A stretch of DNA of 58,063 bases, from positions 1-58,063 of IMG/VR virus record IMGVR_UViG_3300013094_000055; one strand, written 5' to 3'. Position 1 is the stretch's first letter. Every line of letters starts with the position of its first letter. Below are positions 1-8,971 of the stretch, in pieces. The translations under genes and the position numbers were made by a program. The notes under the pieces were generated by a model that was not told where the DNA came from, made no database searches, and saw nothing but the letters and a program-made list of their open reading frames with translations. The DNA is from a virus. Lineage: Duplodnaviria; Caudoviricetes.

Positions 1-1443
1 GCCTACAGTGGTGTATATGTCTCCACCTGTCAAATAGTTGTTCATCATAATTGGGTCTTCGGACATAGCCGCAATTACTCGAGGTTCAATCTGGGAGTAG
101 TCAGCAACAATTAACTTGTGACCTTCAGGAGCAGTGAACACGTTACGAATCAAAGTTCCGTAATCCTTCTCTGGAGGAAGCTTCTTGTTAGGTGCAGGCA
201 AGTTTTGAAGGTTAGGGTTACGACTAGAGAAACGGCCAGTCTCCGCACCCCATTGAACAAAGTCTCCGTAAATGCGCCCGTTGATTAGAAGGCTTTCCTT
301 CTCCTCAGTCTTTGTCTTTCCGTTAACAGTCTTTACCACCTCACCTCCAAGGTAAGGGATAACGTAAGTGCTCATAAGCTTATTCATATCTGCGTATTCA
401 AGAAGCTTACCTACAAGCTCATCGGTCTCACGGTATGGCTCTAGGGCGTCAAAAGAAACCGAGTAGTCACTATAGGTCAGGTCTCCTTCATTCTTAAGAC
501 CTTTTCCTGTGAGGATCAAGGGCTTAAGGCCTCGACACCCCTCTGATACAGGCCCGTATAGAAGATATTGCTTCTCTGGGTTGGAGTTCATGTTAAACAC
601 ACGACCCGCAATACGGTAGATATCAGACTTAATCTCTTCAATTTCTAAAGTAAAACGCTCATACAGGCTCTTTAAGTCTTCCATATCTATAGGTGCGCCT
701 GTCAGCTTCATATCGCAAAGAACACGCAAGACATCCATCTCGAGATTCATTACCTGATCAACGTCAGCTGCGGTCAGCTTAGGCACAAGGTCTTTCCATA
801 GAAGGAACGTGTACTTGGCATCAAGATAAGCGTATTTAGCAACCTCGCTAAAGGAGTACATCTCGACCATGTGACCAATGCCTTTGACCATGCTATAGCC
901 GAACTCACGTTGCAAGCAGTCATCTAGACCTAACTTACCTGCGTTCTTGTTGTTGTATAGAAAAGACGCCATCAAGGTGTCAAAGTAAGGGCCTACAGGA
1001 ACTTCCCCGTAGTACTTAGTTACGGAGCATAGATCGAACACTAAGTTGTGGCCGATAGTAAGGATGTCCTCGTTAAAAAGTAAAGGCTTTAATGCCGCAA
1101 AAACTTCTGCTGGAAATAATTGGATAGGGGCTGAGCCAAAGTGTTTGATGGCCTTCTTCTTATCCCTAGAATAATCTAACTCGCGTGCTGGGAGACCTGC
1201 GGCTACGCGCTTTTCTCCTTGACCTGTAAGAGGGTAGGTCTCTTCGATGAACTCGCCGTGTGGATGACCCATAGGTATAACATCTCCGCGGCCATGAGTT
1301 GCAAAGCTTATCCAGAGCACCTCGTTAACTGCTGGCACACCTCGACGGTCACCTACAGTTTCAACGTCAAATGCAAAAGCATCTTGCTGGAGGTAATACT
1401 CAACCATCTCAGCTAATTGTTCTTTAGTTGTAATAATGTTCAA
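1..1443 (-). CDS. polA: DNA polymerase I (family A) with 3'-5' exonuclease domain; C-terminus runs off the window
   Basis: Not in the ORF track; segments translated by hand from TTG at 1443 (MNIITTKEQLAEMVEYYLQQDAFAFDVETVG). Exo motifs FDVET, GHNLVFD, YAYLDA; polymerase motifs ETGRFSSRNPNLQN and ADYSQIEPR; same frame at position 1. Confidence 0.95.
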   Translation of the reverse strand, partial: MNIITTKEQLAEMVEYYLQQDAFAFDVETVGDRRGVPAVNEVLWISFATHGRGDVIPMGHPHGEFIEETYPLTGQGEKRVAAGLPARELDYSRDKKKAIKHFGSAPIQLFPAEVFAALKPLLFNEDILTIGHNLVFDLCSVTKYYGEVPVGPYFDTLMASFLYNNKNAGKLGLDDCLQREFGYSMVKGIGHMVEMYSFSEVAKYAYLDAKYTFLLWKDLVPKLTAADVDQVMNLEMDVLRVLCDMKLTGAPIDMEDLKSLYERFTLEIEEIKSDIYRIAGRVFNMNSNPEKQYLLYGPVSEGCRGLKPLILTGKGLKNEGDLTYSDYSVSFDALEPYRETDELVGKLLEYADMNKLMSTYVIPYLGGEVVKTVNGKTKTEEKESLLINGRIYGDFVQWGAETGRFSSRNPNLQNLPAPNKKLPPEKDYGTLIRNVFTAPEGHKLIVADYSQIEPRVIAAMSEDPIMMNNYLTGGDIYTTVG

Positions 1444-1464
1444 AGTGTGTCCCAATGATAGAGC

Positions 1465-1498
1465 TGGAGGGTTGACACCAGGGGTGGGCAACCCTCCA
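1465..1498 (-). promoter_or_regulatory. GC-rich stem-loop between SSB and DNA polymerase genes
   Basis: TGGAGGGTTG (1465-1474) and CAACCCTCCA (1489-1498) form a perfect 10-bp inverted repeat; no U-tract. Confidence 0.55.
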
Positions 1499-1515
1499 AC
1501 AGTTAACGTGTTTAC

Positions 1516-2184
1516 TTACATAAGAGAACGAGCGACTGCTTCCAACTCTTCTACTGTGTGCTCTTTAATATCAGCACGTGTAAAAGGTTTCATTGTTGCG
1601 ATGAGCGCTTCAATCTCATCAACGTTATTGATGCCCCAATCTTCTGCAAGATCACGAGGCTTAACTGAGTTGATGTTGTAAACGGTTTGCTGCATCTTAC
1701 CTGTACGGCTTAGAGACCAGTAGTTCTTGGTCAATGGGCCTTGAGGTGAAAAATGAGCAGCGTGTAAGGACTTAAACAAACGAGGAGATGCGGTAAGAAT
1801 CTGACGTTGTGGTCCTCCCGGAGCACTCAGATTAACAACGCTAAAAGCCTTCTTCTCTTCAGGCTTGCTGCCGAGCAAAGTAATAAGAGGATCGTTAGGT
1901 CCTGTGGACACGTAGGAACGACGACCTGTAGTTACTTGGCTAAGGAAATGTTGCTTGTAAACTGCAAATGGACCGTCTGGATCCAAGAACTTTACAATTT
2001 GATGTTCGCCATCTACGAACTTAAAGTCTTTTGGAAATTCGCTATTAGAAACAGCTGGAGCTGCAGCGTCCCAACCAGACTTGATAGAAGATGATGTTGC
2101 TTGAGCTGGACGATCTGTGATCGAAGCAGCTGAGTTTGAGAACTCATCGTTCTCTACTACGTATTCGCCTTGATTAATTGCCAT
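1516..2184 (-). CDS. Probable single-stranded DNA-binding protein (phage gp32-like)
   Basis: VKFLDPDGPFAVYKQHF and YWSLSRTG motifs of phage SSBs; next to polymerase; start moved to ATG 2184 (AAAGGA upstream; avoids overlap). Confidence 0.6.
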   Translation of the reverse strand: MAINQGEYVVENDEFSNSAASITDRPAQATSSSIKSGWDAAAPAVSNSEFPKDFKFVDGEHQIVKFLDPDGPFAVYKQHFLSQVTTGRRSYVSTGPNDPLITLLGSKPEEKKAFSVVNLSAPGGPQRQILTASPRLFKSLHAAHFSPQGPLTKNYWSLSRTGKMQQTVYNINSVKPRDLAEDWGINNVDEIEALIATMKPFTRADIKEHTVEELEAVARSLM

Positions 2185-2210
2185 GTTTGCATATCCTTTT
2201 GTCATAGTGT

Positions 2211-2678
2211 TTATTTGGTTTCTTCTGCTCGGATTTGACTCCAAGCCTCGGCAATCTCGTTACTAAGCTGCCGGTGCATTGGCCATTCTATACGTTTTAA
2301 GTACAGAACGCCAGTTGAATCGAACAGCTGGATCACCTTTTCCACCATAGCCCGGCTGTAAAGCCTGCGACCTTGATGGTCTTCCCCGTTAACATCTTTT
2401 TTAGCGGGAAGCCTATATGGGGAGGCTGGTAGGTAGCCTTCCTTTATCCATGTACGGATAGTTATTACGGGACGACCTAAGGCGGCAGCAAGTGCGCCAA
2501 TAGTAAACATCTCTACGTCTTTACCGTTAGGTAGAGTCTTTATATACGGCTTAGAATCCCAAGAGGTGTCTAGTTCAATCTCTGGTTTCTTAGGCTCTAT
2601 ATTCTTACGCTTACGCTTACTTCCCGGATAGTAATCATCTAGGTCAGCAAAGGTTGAGTCAATTAGATCATCGTTCAC
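2211..2678 (-). CDS. MerR-like helix-turn-helix DNA-binding protein
   Basis: MFTIGALAAALGRPVITIRTWIKEGYLP...RRLYS fits the MerR winged HTH pattern. Confidence 0.8.
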   Translation of the reverse strand: MNDDLIDSTFADLDDYYPGSKRKRKNIEPKKPEIELDTSWDSKPYIKTLPNGKDVEMFTIGALAAALGRPVITIRTWIKEGYLPASPYRLPAKKDVNGEDHQGRRLYSRAMVEKVIQLFDSTGVLYLKRIEWPMHRQLSNEIAEAWSQIRAEETK

Positions 2679-3057
2679 TTGTGTCTACCAATAGTGCGTA
2701 GCTTACTTTAGCTGGGAACATGGAGTCAATATCTTCTTCTGTTAAATGGCCGTTGTAAAACGCAGTCATAATAGCGTCTTCGTCAATTACTGGAACCATT
2801 TTCATGCAAGCGCCTTTAATGCCTTTTTTAGTGAGGATTAATTCAGCCTGTGCTACGTCTAATGTCTTAGACACACGGCGTTGACGAGTAAGGCGAACGT
2901 CACCAACAGACATAATCCTATGTCCGTTTTCATTAGGTTCAAGCTCGTCTACTGCCTCAGAGATGCGAGACTTCAATTCATTTTGACGAGAGGTAAGAGT
3001 TGTTATCTGGTCTTTGATAGCAACGTATTGGGCTACCGTACGATCTAAATCTTCCAT
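2668..3057 (-). CDS. Hypothetical protein with N-terminal coiled coil
   Basis: 129-aa ORF, AAGGGGG SD, promoter upstream. Confidence 0.7.
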   Translation of the reverse strand: MEDLDRTVAQYVAIKDQITTLTSRQNELKSRISEAVDELEPNENGHRIMSVGDVRLTRQRRVSKTLDVAQAELILTKKGIKGACMKMVPVIDEDAIMTAFYNGHLTEEDIDSMFPAKVSYALLVDTSER

Positions 3058-3085
3058 TTGTTCCCCCTTGGTGGTTAGGGGGACA

Positions 3086-3114
3086 AACTTAGTACGGGTT
3101 TAGTTGCTTGTCAA
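3086..3114 (-). promoter_or_regulatory. Sigma70-type promoter for the 3057/MerR/SSB/pol operon
   Basis: TTGACA (3114-3109), 17-nt spacer, TAAGTT (3091-3086). Confidence 0.8.
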
Positions 3115-3246
3115 GTAATTCTCAAGCGCTTTAATAATCACGCTTGTTACTGTGACTCCCTCTTTACCTGCCTTGACCTGTACGGCTTTCCATAGGTCAT
3201 CAGGTACGCGGATAGTGCGCGTTGGGGTCTTAGGTGCGTTAGGCAT
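3100..3246 (-). CDS. Ribbon-helix-helix DNA-binding protein (48 aa), probably leaderless
   Basis: Not in track; MPNAPKTPTRTIRVPDDLWKAVQVKAGKEGVTVTSVIIKALENYLTSN is a typical RHH pattern; TAGAAT 6 nt before ATG. Confidence 0.85.
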   Translation of the reverse strand: MPNAPKTPTRTIRVPDDLWKAVQVKAGKEGVTVTSVIIKALENYLTSN

Positions 3247-3255
3247 CCGTATATT

Positions 3256-4845
3256 CTATACGCTCGTACCCTCTAAAAACTGCTTTAAACTGCCTATACT
3301 CATATCAATTCCGTCTTCTGAGTCTATTCCTTCACCATCCATAACAGCATCTGCCACAGAGGTCTTGAACTGCAGAGCCTCCCATTGGCGTTCTTCTACA
3401 GACCCGCCGATAAGAATGTCCTGAATAACAATGGTCTCCCATGTGGATGAGGCACGCTTTATTCGCCCGTTACGTTGAAGCGCAGCACCACTAGACCAAG
3501 GCAGGTCATAGTTAACCAAAAGATTAGCTGCTGGGAGGTCAACTCCGTAACCACCCGCATCACTGCTAATGAGAACGCGAATATTACTGTCAGTGTTGAA
3601 GGCAACTTTGTTATCCTCTTTTGTCTTAGCATCCATTTTTCCTGAGTACAAACGGCATTGATCTTTACCGAGAGCCTCAGATATCATGTCTAGCATGTCT
3701 ACGTAAGTAGCAAATATAACTACTTTGTTCGCCTCATCTTGTTCCAAAAAGTCTTTAACATACTGTACAAGATAATCCAGCTTAGGTGAAGAGTTAACCC
3801 CGTCAAGATCGCCAGACTCAACAAGCGTATTGGCATAACCAGACCCTTCTCCTCCTAGCTCTAAGAACTTCTTAGAACTCGTCCTTAACAATTCTGGGTG
3901 AGAGCAAAGCATTTTAAGGCAAGTAACCTTAGACATAATACGGCCACGAATCTCGTCCTCTGGCCCTCCTCGACGTGATTCTAATCCGTAGTGTGCGTTT
4001 ATGTTAAACGTAGAACCAAACAAAACTTTAGCGTTCTCTAGTTCTTCTAAGATGTCGTTGGTAATCTTTGTGTAAAGCCTTGAGGTTTTTCTATCAAAGG
4101 TAACATAGACAGGATCTTTATGAATAGAATCTGGAAGATATGGTGCTACATCAGGATCCTTTTGAGCTTTGCGTACAGAAGCGTCTTTCATCTTCTCGTG
4201 TAGAGTAGTTAGGTTTTTGTAGCGTTCTACACCACCCCAAGCATTTCGTACGATGAAAGTCTTATCAAAGATATCAAAACGCCCTAGAACATTTCGGTCT
4301 ACAAACTCCATGATTGAGTAAAGCTCTTCAGGTTTTCCATTTTCAATAGGAGTTCCTGTTAAAGCAAAACGATATGGAGAATCATTTAGTTTCTTTGTTG
4401 AGCGTGAGCGCTTAGACTTAAAAGATTTAATCGCGGTAGCCTCGTCGAGAACTACAAATCCCCTAGGTAGTTTATGGACGAACTTCCAGTCATTGACGAT
4501 CTGCTCATAATTGAGAATAATGTAGTCAACTCGGGAGTTTTGCCAATCAAGAGCTTCTGCGTATTGCTCTTCTCTTTTCTTTGGCGTCCCATCAATAACC
4601 AAAGCGCGTGAAGTACCATTAGTAAATTTCTCAATCTGATTAGCCCATTGATATTTCAATGAAGATAAGCAAATGATAAGGCCTGGCTCTGTAACTTTGT
4701 TCTCATCCATCAGCCTTTCAATAGCTGCGATGGTTAGCACAGTCTTACCTAGGCCTAGGTCGTAGGCTACTAACATGCGGCCTTCTTGGCACATGCGGTC
4801 TACCGCCTCAGGCTGATAAGGAAGAAGGGTTCCTTTGAAAGTCAT
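3256..4845 (-). CDS. SNF2-family (SF2) helicase
   Basis: LLPYQ, DLGLGKT, LDEAT, ALTGTPIEN, GGYGVDL, QRNGRIKR motifs. Confidence 0.93.
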   Translation of the reverse strand: MTFKGTLLPYQPEAVDRMCQEGRMLVAYDLGLGKTVLTIAAIERLMDENKVTEPGLIICLSSLKYQWANQIEKFTNGTSRALVIDGTPKKREEQYAEALDWQNSRVDYIILNYEQIVNDWKFVHKLPRGFVVLDEATAIKSFKSKRSRSTKKLNDSPYRFALTGTPIENGKPEELYSIMEFVDRNVLGRFDIFDKTFIVRNAWGGVERYKNLTTLHEKMKDASVRKAQKDPDVAPYLPDSIHKDPVYVTFDRKTSRLYTKITNDILEELENAKVLFGSTFNINAHYGLESRRGGPEDEIRGRIMSKVTCLKMLCSHPELLRTSSKKFLELGGEGSGYANTLVESGDLDGVNSSPKLDYLVQYVKDFLEQDEANKVVIFATYVDMLDMISEALGKDQCRLYSGKMDAKTKEDNKVAFNTDSNIRVLISSDAGGYGVDLPAANLLVNYDLPWSSGAALQRNGRIKRASSTWETIVIQDILIGGSVEERQWEALQFKTSVADAVMDGEGIDSEDGIDMSIGSLKQFLEGTSV

Positions 4846-5375
4846 ACAAGAATAGTATCCATATGAGTCTTAACTTCAACAGCTAGGTACTCTAGGGTGC
4901 CATTGTTATTAATGATGCGGTCGAAGTCCCAGTTAGAGAGTTGAGACTCTGATACATGAGAGTTAATTGGCCCTACACCCTCGCGCTCAATACGCCAGAC
5001 TTCACCAAAGATCTGCTTAACCATGACAGCCTCGTTCTCAAACCGAACATCTGTAATAACGTAGTTCTTATCTACGTCGTACATTTTCTGTAGAGCGGCT
5101 ACAACCCAGATGTGGTCATCTATAATGACTCGTGCACCTAGTCCTAGGTCTTGCAGTAGGCGGCGAACCTCTGGACGTGCTTTAGCCAGCTCCCAACCAA
5201 ACTCTTGAACATGTTCGTTTAAGCGGTAACCGTCTTCAAGTATTGGGTTCATCTTAATCAGAAGGTCTTTAATAGCATCGGCAAATGCCACGCGCTCATA
5301 CCCGTAATTCTCAATAAGGATCTTAGCTACAGTGTCCTTACCGCTTTGAGCATAGCCGCTTAGTCCGATGATCAT
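4842..5375 (-). CDS. Deoxynucleoside monophosphate kinase
   Basis: IIGLSGYAQSGKDT P-loop, FADAIK, RRLLQDLG, ITDVRFENE, HVSE. Confidence 0.9.
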   Translation of the reverse strand: MIIGLSGYAQSGKDTVAKILIENYGYERVAFADAIKDLLIKMNPILEDGYRLNEHVQEFGWELAKARPEVRRLLQDLGLGARVIIDDHIWVVAALQKMYDVDKNYVITDVRFENEAVMVKQIFGEVWRIEREGVGPINSHVSESQLSNWDFDRIINNNGTLEYLAVEVKTHMDTILV

Positions 5376-6292
5376 ACGATTGCCTTCTCTCTGTGAACTG
5401 AATGTTTAGCCTTATTGATGCAGTCTAACACCTCAGACTTACTCATAGCTCCAACGTCTTTTACGTCTAGATCTCCGTAGTTGAGGAACTTGCACTCTAC
5501 ACCCATTTCACGGGCCTTGTAAAGTAGAGACATAGAAGAGGCGCGACCAGCATCGTCGTTATCCATAGCAAAGATAATGCGGTCAGCCCCGCGAATGATG
5601 TTAAATTGAACCTCAGAGACCATGGCCCCAAAGGTGGAGACCCCTCCAAGGATACCTATAGAGCTTAGGCGAACCACGTCTAAAGGAGATTCGACGACGA
5701 TCATCTCTCCGCCACGGTAAAACTCGTAGCCGAACAGTGCGTTACTCTTCTTAACTCCTGAAGGCACATTCTTGAAGTAACGGCGATCAAACCCCTTTTC
5801 CTGCCAACCTAACAGCTTATTGTTAATAGGATCTCGTATTACAGTTATCCAATTCTTGTTACGATCATCCCAAAGAACCCCGTGAGCATAGCAAGAAGTT
5901 GCGGTCAATCCACGAGCTGTAAGGGCGTACTCTGGAACCTCTGTAAAGGCGCTGAGCATAGACTCACTCATAATAACTGGGTCTTCAATTACAGGTTTCT
6001 TTTCTCTTATAACCCTGTTGAACCTAGCGGATAGAGCAGAAACATTAGAGTTAGACTCTGTTGGCGCAGCTCCTGTGATGTAGGTTACCAAAGAGTATAG
6101 GTTGCCCTTCCAACCACAAGAAAAACAGATGAATGCAGTTGAGTCTGCGTTGATCCAAAAGGAAGGGTTATGGTCTATATGACCTGTGCGAGATTCATGG
6201 GCAGCACAGTAAGTGTTTATCTCATAACCGCGAGAGTCAATTACCTCAAGACCAAGAGCAGATAAGTTCTCTTCCATCTCCTCGACTGTCAT
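5372..6292 (-). CDS. DNA primase (Zn finger + TOPRIM)
   Basis: CAAH...DHNPSF...CFSC zinc finger; VVESPLD and AMDNDDAG TOPRIM motifs. Confidence 0.9.
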   Translation of the reverse strand: MTVEEMEENLSALGLEVIDSRGYEINTYCAAHESRTGHIDHNPSFWINADSTAFICFSCGWKGNLYSLVTYITGAAPTESNSNVSALSARFNRVIREKKPVIEDPVIMSESMLSAFTEVPEYALTARGLTATSCYAHGVLWDDRNKNWITVIRDPINNKLLGWQEKGFDRRYFKNVPSGVKKSNALFGYEFYRGGEMIVVESPLDVVRLSSIGILGGVSTFGAMVSEVQFNIIRGADRIIFAMDNDDAGRASSMSLLYKAREMGVECKFLNYGDLDVKDVGAMSKSEVLDCINKAKHSVHREKAIV

Positions 6293-7518
6293 AGGTCGTC
6301 GTTATCCATCTCACGGAATGCGCCAGTGTTCCAATCCCACATAAGAGACACTTCACTTAACCCACCGTTACGGCTGGCAATAACGCGTAATAAACGGGTG
6401 TCTTCAATGTTCTCATCTTCACGCTGTAAGCCAAATATAACGTCTGCGTCTTGGTGGAAGGATGAAGAGTAACCAATAGAGTCAGCGCTAACCTGACCCT
6501 TCTTCATCTTCCATGTAAGAGCCTGAGTTGAGATGACAATGGGCTTCTTAACCTTTTGAGCCAAACGCTTTAGGGAACGGGTAATACTGGTAATAGCCTG
6601 AGGCGTTCCTTGATCAAAACCGGACTCGTCAATCATCAAGTAAGTACCGTCAATAAAGATAATATCTGGATCTTTAGCTTGGATCTTGCTGGCGACTGCG
6701 CTAACAGTTTGTCCTTGAGCTGAGTCAACTAGCCAGAACTTATCTTCCATGTTGGCAATGCTATCTGAGATCTTCATAAGACGTGATTCTTCTTCTTGGG
6801 TCAGAGTTCCAGTCATCAGGCGCTTGTGAGAGATGCGAGCACGCATAGCCATGTAACGGCTGCTCTGCTCTGAGTTGCTCATCTCAAAGGACATGAACAT
6901 AGGAGTCTTACCTGCTAAGTGACAGTTGATAGCAATCTGCAAGGCAAGAGTTGACTTACCAGTCTTAGGCGGAGCAACGATAACAATTAGCTGGCCGGGC
7001 TGTAATCCAGATGTTGCGTCATCCATAGTCTTAAAGCCTGTAGGCAAACCTAGTAGTCCCGGGTTACCCTTACGAAATTCGTATTCTTTTTTAGCGCGAC
7101 GAGCAGCCTCTGTAATTTCCATGTCGTTGGAACGATTTAACCCTTGCTCTTCAAGGGTGATGATTCCCATCTCCATACGACGTAAAGCAGTTTCGTGCTC
7201 AGGCACTTCTTTGTCTAAAGCCTTAATAGCATCGCCTACTGTGTTAACGATAGTGATCTTGCGGCGATCTTCTAGTAGACGATCTAGAAAGTATTGAGGA
7301 CTGTCTTGGACTGGAAGAAGTTCGTAGGTAGGAAAGTTCTCGTTAATTACTTCGAGACTTGGGCACTCTTGATAGTTAGCAAAGTGATTATGTAAAAAGC
7401 GAAACAGCTTTTTATCAAACGCGTCAGCAAACCACTCTTCATTCACACCTTGTTCAAGAATGAAACCTAGATCGCGATCTTCAATAACTTTACTTAGTAA
7501 CTTTGCTTCATTGTTCAT
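6289..7518 (-). CDS. dnaB: DnaB-like replicative helicase
   Basis: GLQPGQLIVIVAPPKTGKST Walker A, SFEMS, IIFIDG Walker B, QDAD, SRNG. Confidence 0.92.
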   Translation of the reverse strand: MNNEAKLLSKVIEDRDLGFILEQGVNEEWFADAFDKKLFRFLHNHFANYQECPSLEVINENFPTYELLPVQDSPQYFLDRLLEDRRKITIVNTVGDAIKALDKEVPEHETALRRMEMGIITLEEQGLNRSNDMEITEAARRAKKEYEFRKGNPGLLGLPTGFKTMDDATSGLQPGQLIVIVAPPKTGKSTLALQIAINCHLAGKTPMFMSFEMSNSEQSSRYMAMRARISHKRLMTGTLTQEEESRLMKISDSIANMEDKFWLVDSAQGQTVSAVASKIQAKDPDIIFIDGTYLMIDESGFDQGTPQAITSITRSLKRLAQKVKKPIVISTQALTWKMKKGQVSADSIGYSSSFHQDADVIFGLQREDENIEDTRLLRVIASRNGGLSEVSLMWDWNTGAFREMDNDDL

Positions 7519-7922
7519 AGTCCGTTTATATCCATTCCCCAGTGTCCGTATCGTAATAGTCTATCAGGGCTGTCTAACACACCTATAACTTCTGGGCGGT
7601 AAGGCAGCTCTTTAACTAACTCAGAGACCGAACTATATGCCGTGAAGTATCTAAATGGATTAGTACCCATGTTGTCAAGCATCTCATTCAATACAAATAG
7701 CTGCTGCTCATCCATATTAAATGAGGCCATCTCAAGAGTTATACCCTTGCGAGTGGTAAATATATAAAGATAACTAAGGATCTCCCTTTTAATCTTTTTT
7801 TCTACATGCGGTACAGGAATAACCTTGAACCGCTTTTTGACAATGAGCTCCGATAATAAGAATACGTCTGTTGTTACAACTATTCTTTTGGGGAGCTCAT
7901 TACTGATGTCCCCGTTTTTCAT
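7515..7922 (-). CDS. Hypothetical protein
   Basis: 135-aa ORF tightly coupled to its neighbours. Confidence 0.7.
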   Translation of the reverse strand: MKNGDISNELPKRIVVTTDVFLLSELIVKKRFKVIPVPHVEKKIKREILSYLYIFTTRKGITLEMASFNMDEQQLFVLNEMLDNMGTNPFRYFTAYSSVSELVKELPYRPEVIGVLDSPDRLLRYGHWGMDINGL

Positions 7923-8237
7923 TTAATAGACCTCTATTTTTCCAAACCTAATTACGAACTCTCGAAAGTCCTGATTGGAACGCTTAGCCTTATCTGTGTC
8001 TTCTTCGGTAGCGCGACTAGAGATCTCTAGTGGGTAGTGCCCTTTATTGCTATCAATACGGGCGTTAACAAACTTAGTGTGCTTACAGACAGAACGTGCA
8101 CGATAGCCAGGGCATGTGCAGAAGAGATCCCCAGATTCGTTAGAAGAGACCTCGTAGATGCCTGGGCCAGGATTCTGTGTTTGACTTAAAAATACCTGTA
8201 CTAGGCGTAGATCGCTCACGTTATTCTCTTTCTTCAC
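7923..8237 (-). CDS. SWIM zinc-finger protein
   Basis: CTCPGYRARSVCKH matches the CxC-xn-CxH SWIM motif. Confidence 0.8.
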   Translation of the reverse strand: MKKENNVSDLRLVQVFLSQTQNPGPGIYEVSSNESGDLFCTCPGYRARSVCKHTKFVNARIDSNKGHYPLEISSRATEEDTDKAKRSNQDFREFVIRFGKIEVY

Positions 8238-8971
8238 TTTCGTAGGTCACCTTTGTCTGACTCAATTGGAAGGTAGGTAAAAGCTTCATTAGCAAAGCTC
8301 TCTGTAGCATCTCCGTATAGTGCTGCCCAATCCTTCCTCTCTACGTTTGTGGTAATAATGGTAGGCAATCCGTTGTTAAAACGGGTCCTCAACACGTGGT
8401 GCAACATGTGCTTTTGCCAGCCACTAAGAGTTGCGTGCTCTTTTCCTACGTCGTCAATGATCAGTACACGAATATTGTAAGCATCGTTTGGGCAGTCACC
8501 TAAGATGCCTTGGTATATAACCTCTTGATCCTCTGTAGGGCCATCCATCATGGCGCCTTTTAGGTCAAGCAAATCATTGAATGTTGTGAAGTAGCAAGGG
8601 CGAATAAGTACTCGACCATCTTTAACGTCTAGTTGCTCTAAAGAGAAACTAAGCATGATGTCTTGAATGATTGATAAGGCTAGCGTTGTTTTTCCTTGAC
8701 CTGGTGTTCCCCAGAACATAAGACCTTTACCGCAACCGGGAGCACCATTAGCACGAATGACAGCGCCTTTGCCAAGAGCGGCTAACCACTTACGAGTAGT
8801 GGATATAACACTCTCGGGAGTATCTACGCAGTCATCTAGCGTCCAACCAATACGTCCAGATGGAACACTTGCCATTTGAATCCAAGTGCGGCGTCGCGCC
8901 TTAACGTCTTCTAGCTTAAACATTATCCAACCATTCCTGAGACTTAAGGGCTTCTTCCTTAATAACCTCAA
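8234..8971 (-). CDS. DnaC/IstB-like AAA+ helicase loader (likely start ATG 8923)
   Basis: GLMFWGTPGQGKT, LIIDDVGKE, LRTRFNNGLPTIITTN. Confidence 0.88.
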   Translation of the reverse strand: MRLLRKKPLSLRNGWIMFKLEDVKARRRTWIQMASVPSGRIGWTLDDCVDTPESVISTTRKWLAALGKGAVIRANGAPGCGKGLMFWGTPGQGKTTLALSIIQDIMLSFSLEQLDVKDGRVLIRPCYFTTFNDLLDLKGAMMDGPTEDQEVIYQGILGDCPNDAYNIRVLIIDDVGKEHATLSGWQKHMLHHVLRTRFNNGLPTIITTNVERKDWAALYGDATESFANEAFTYLPIESDKGDLRK

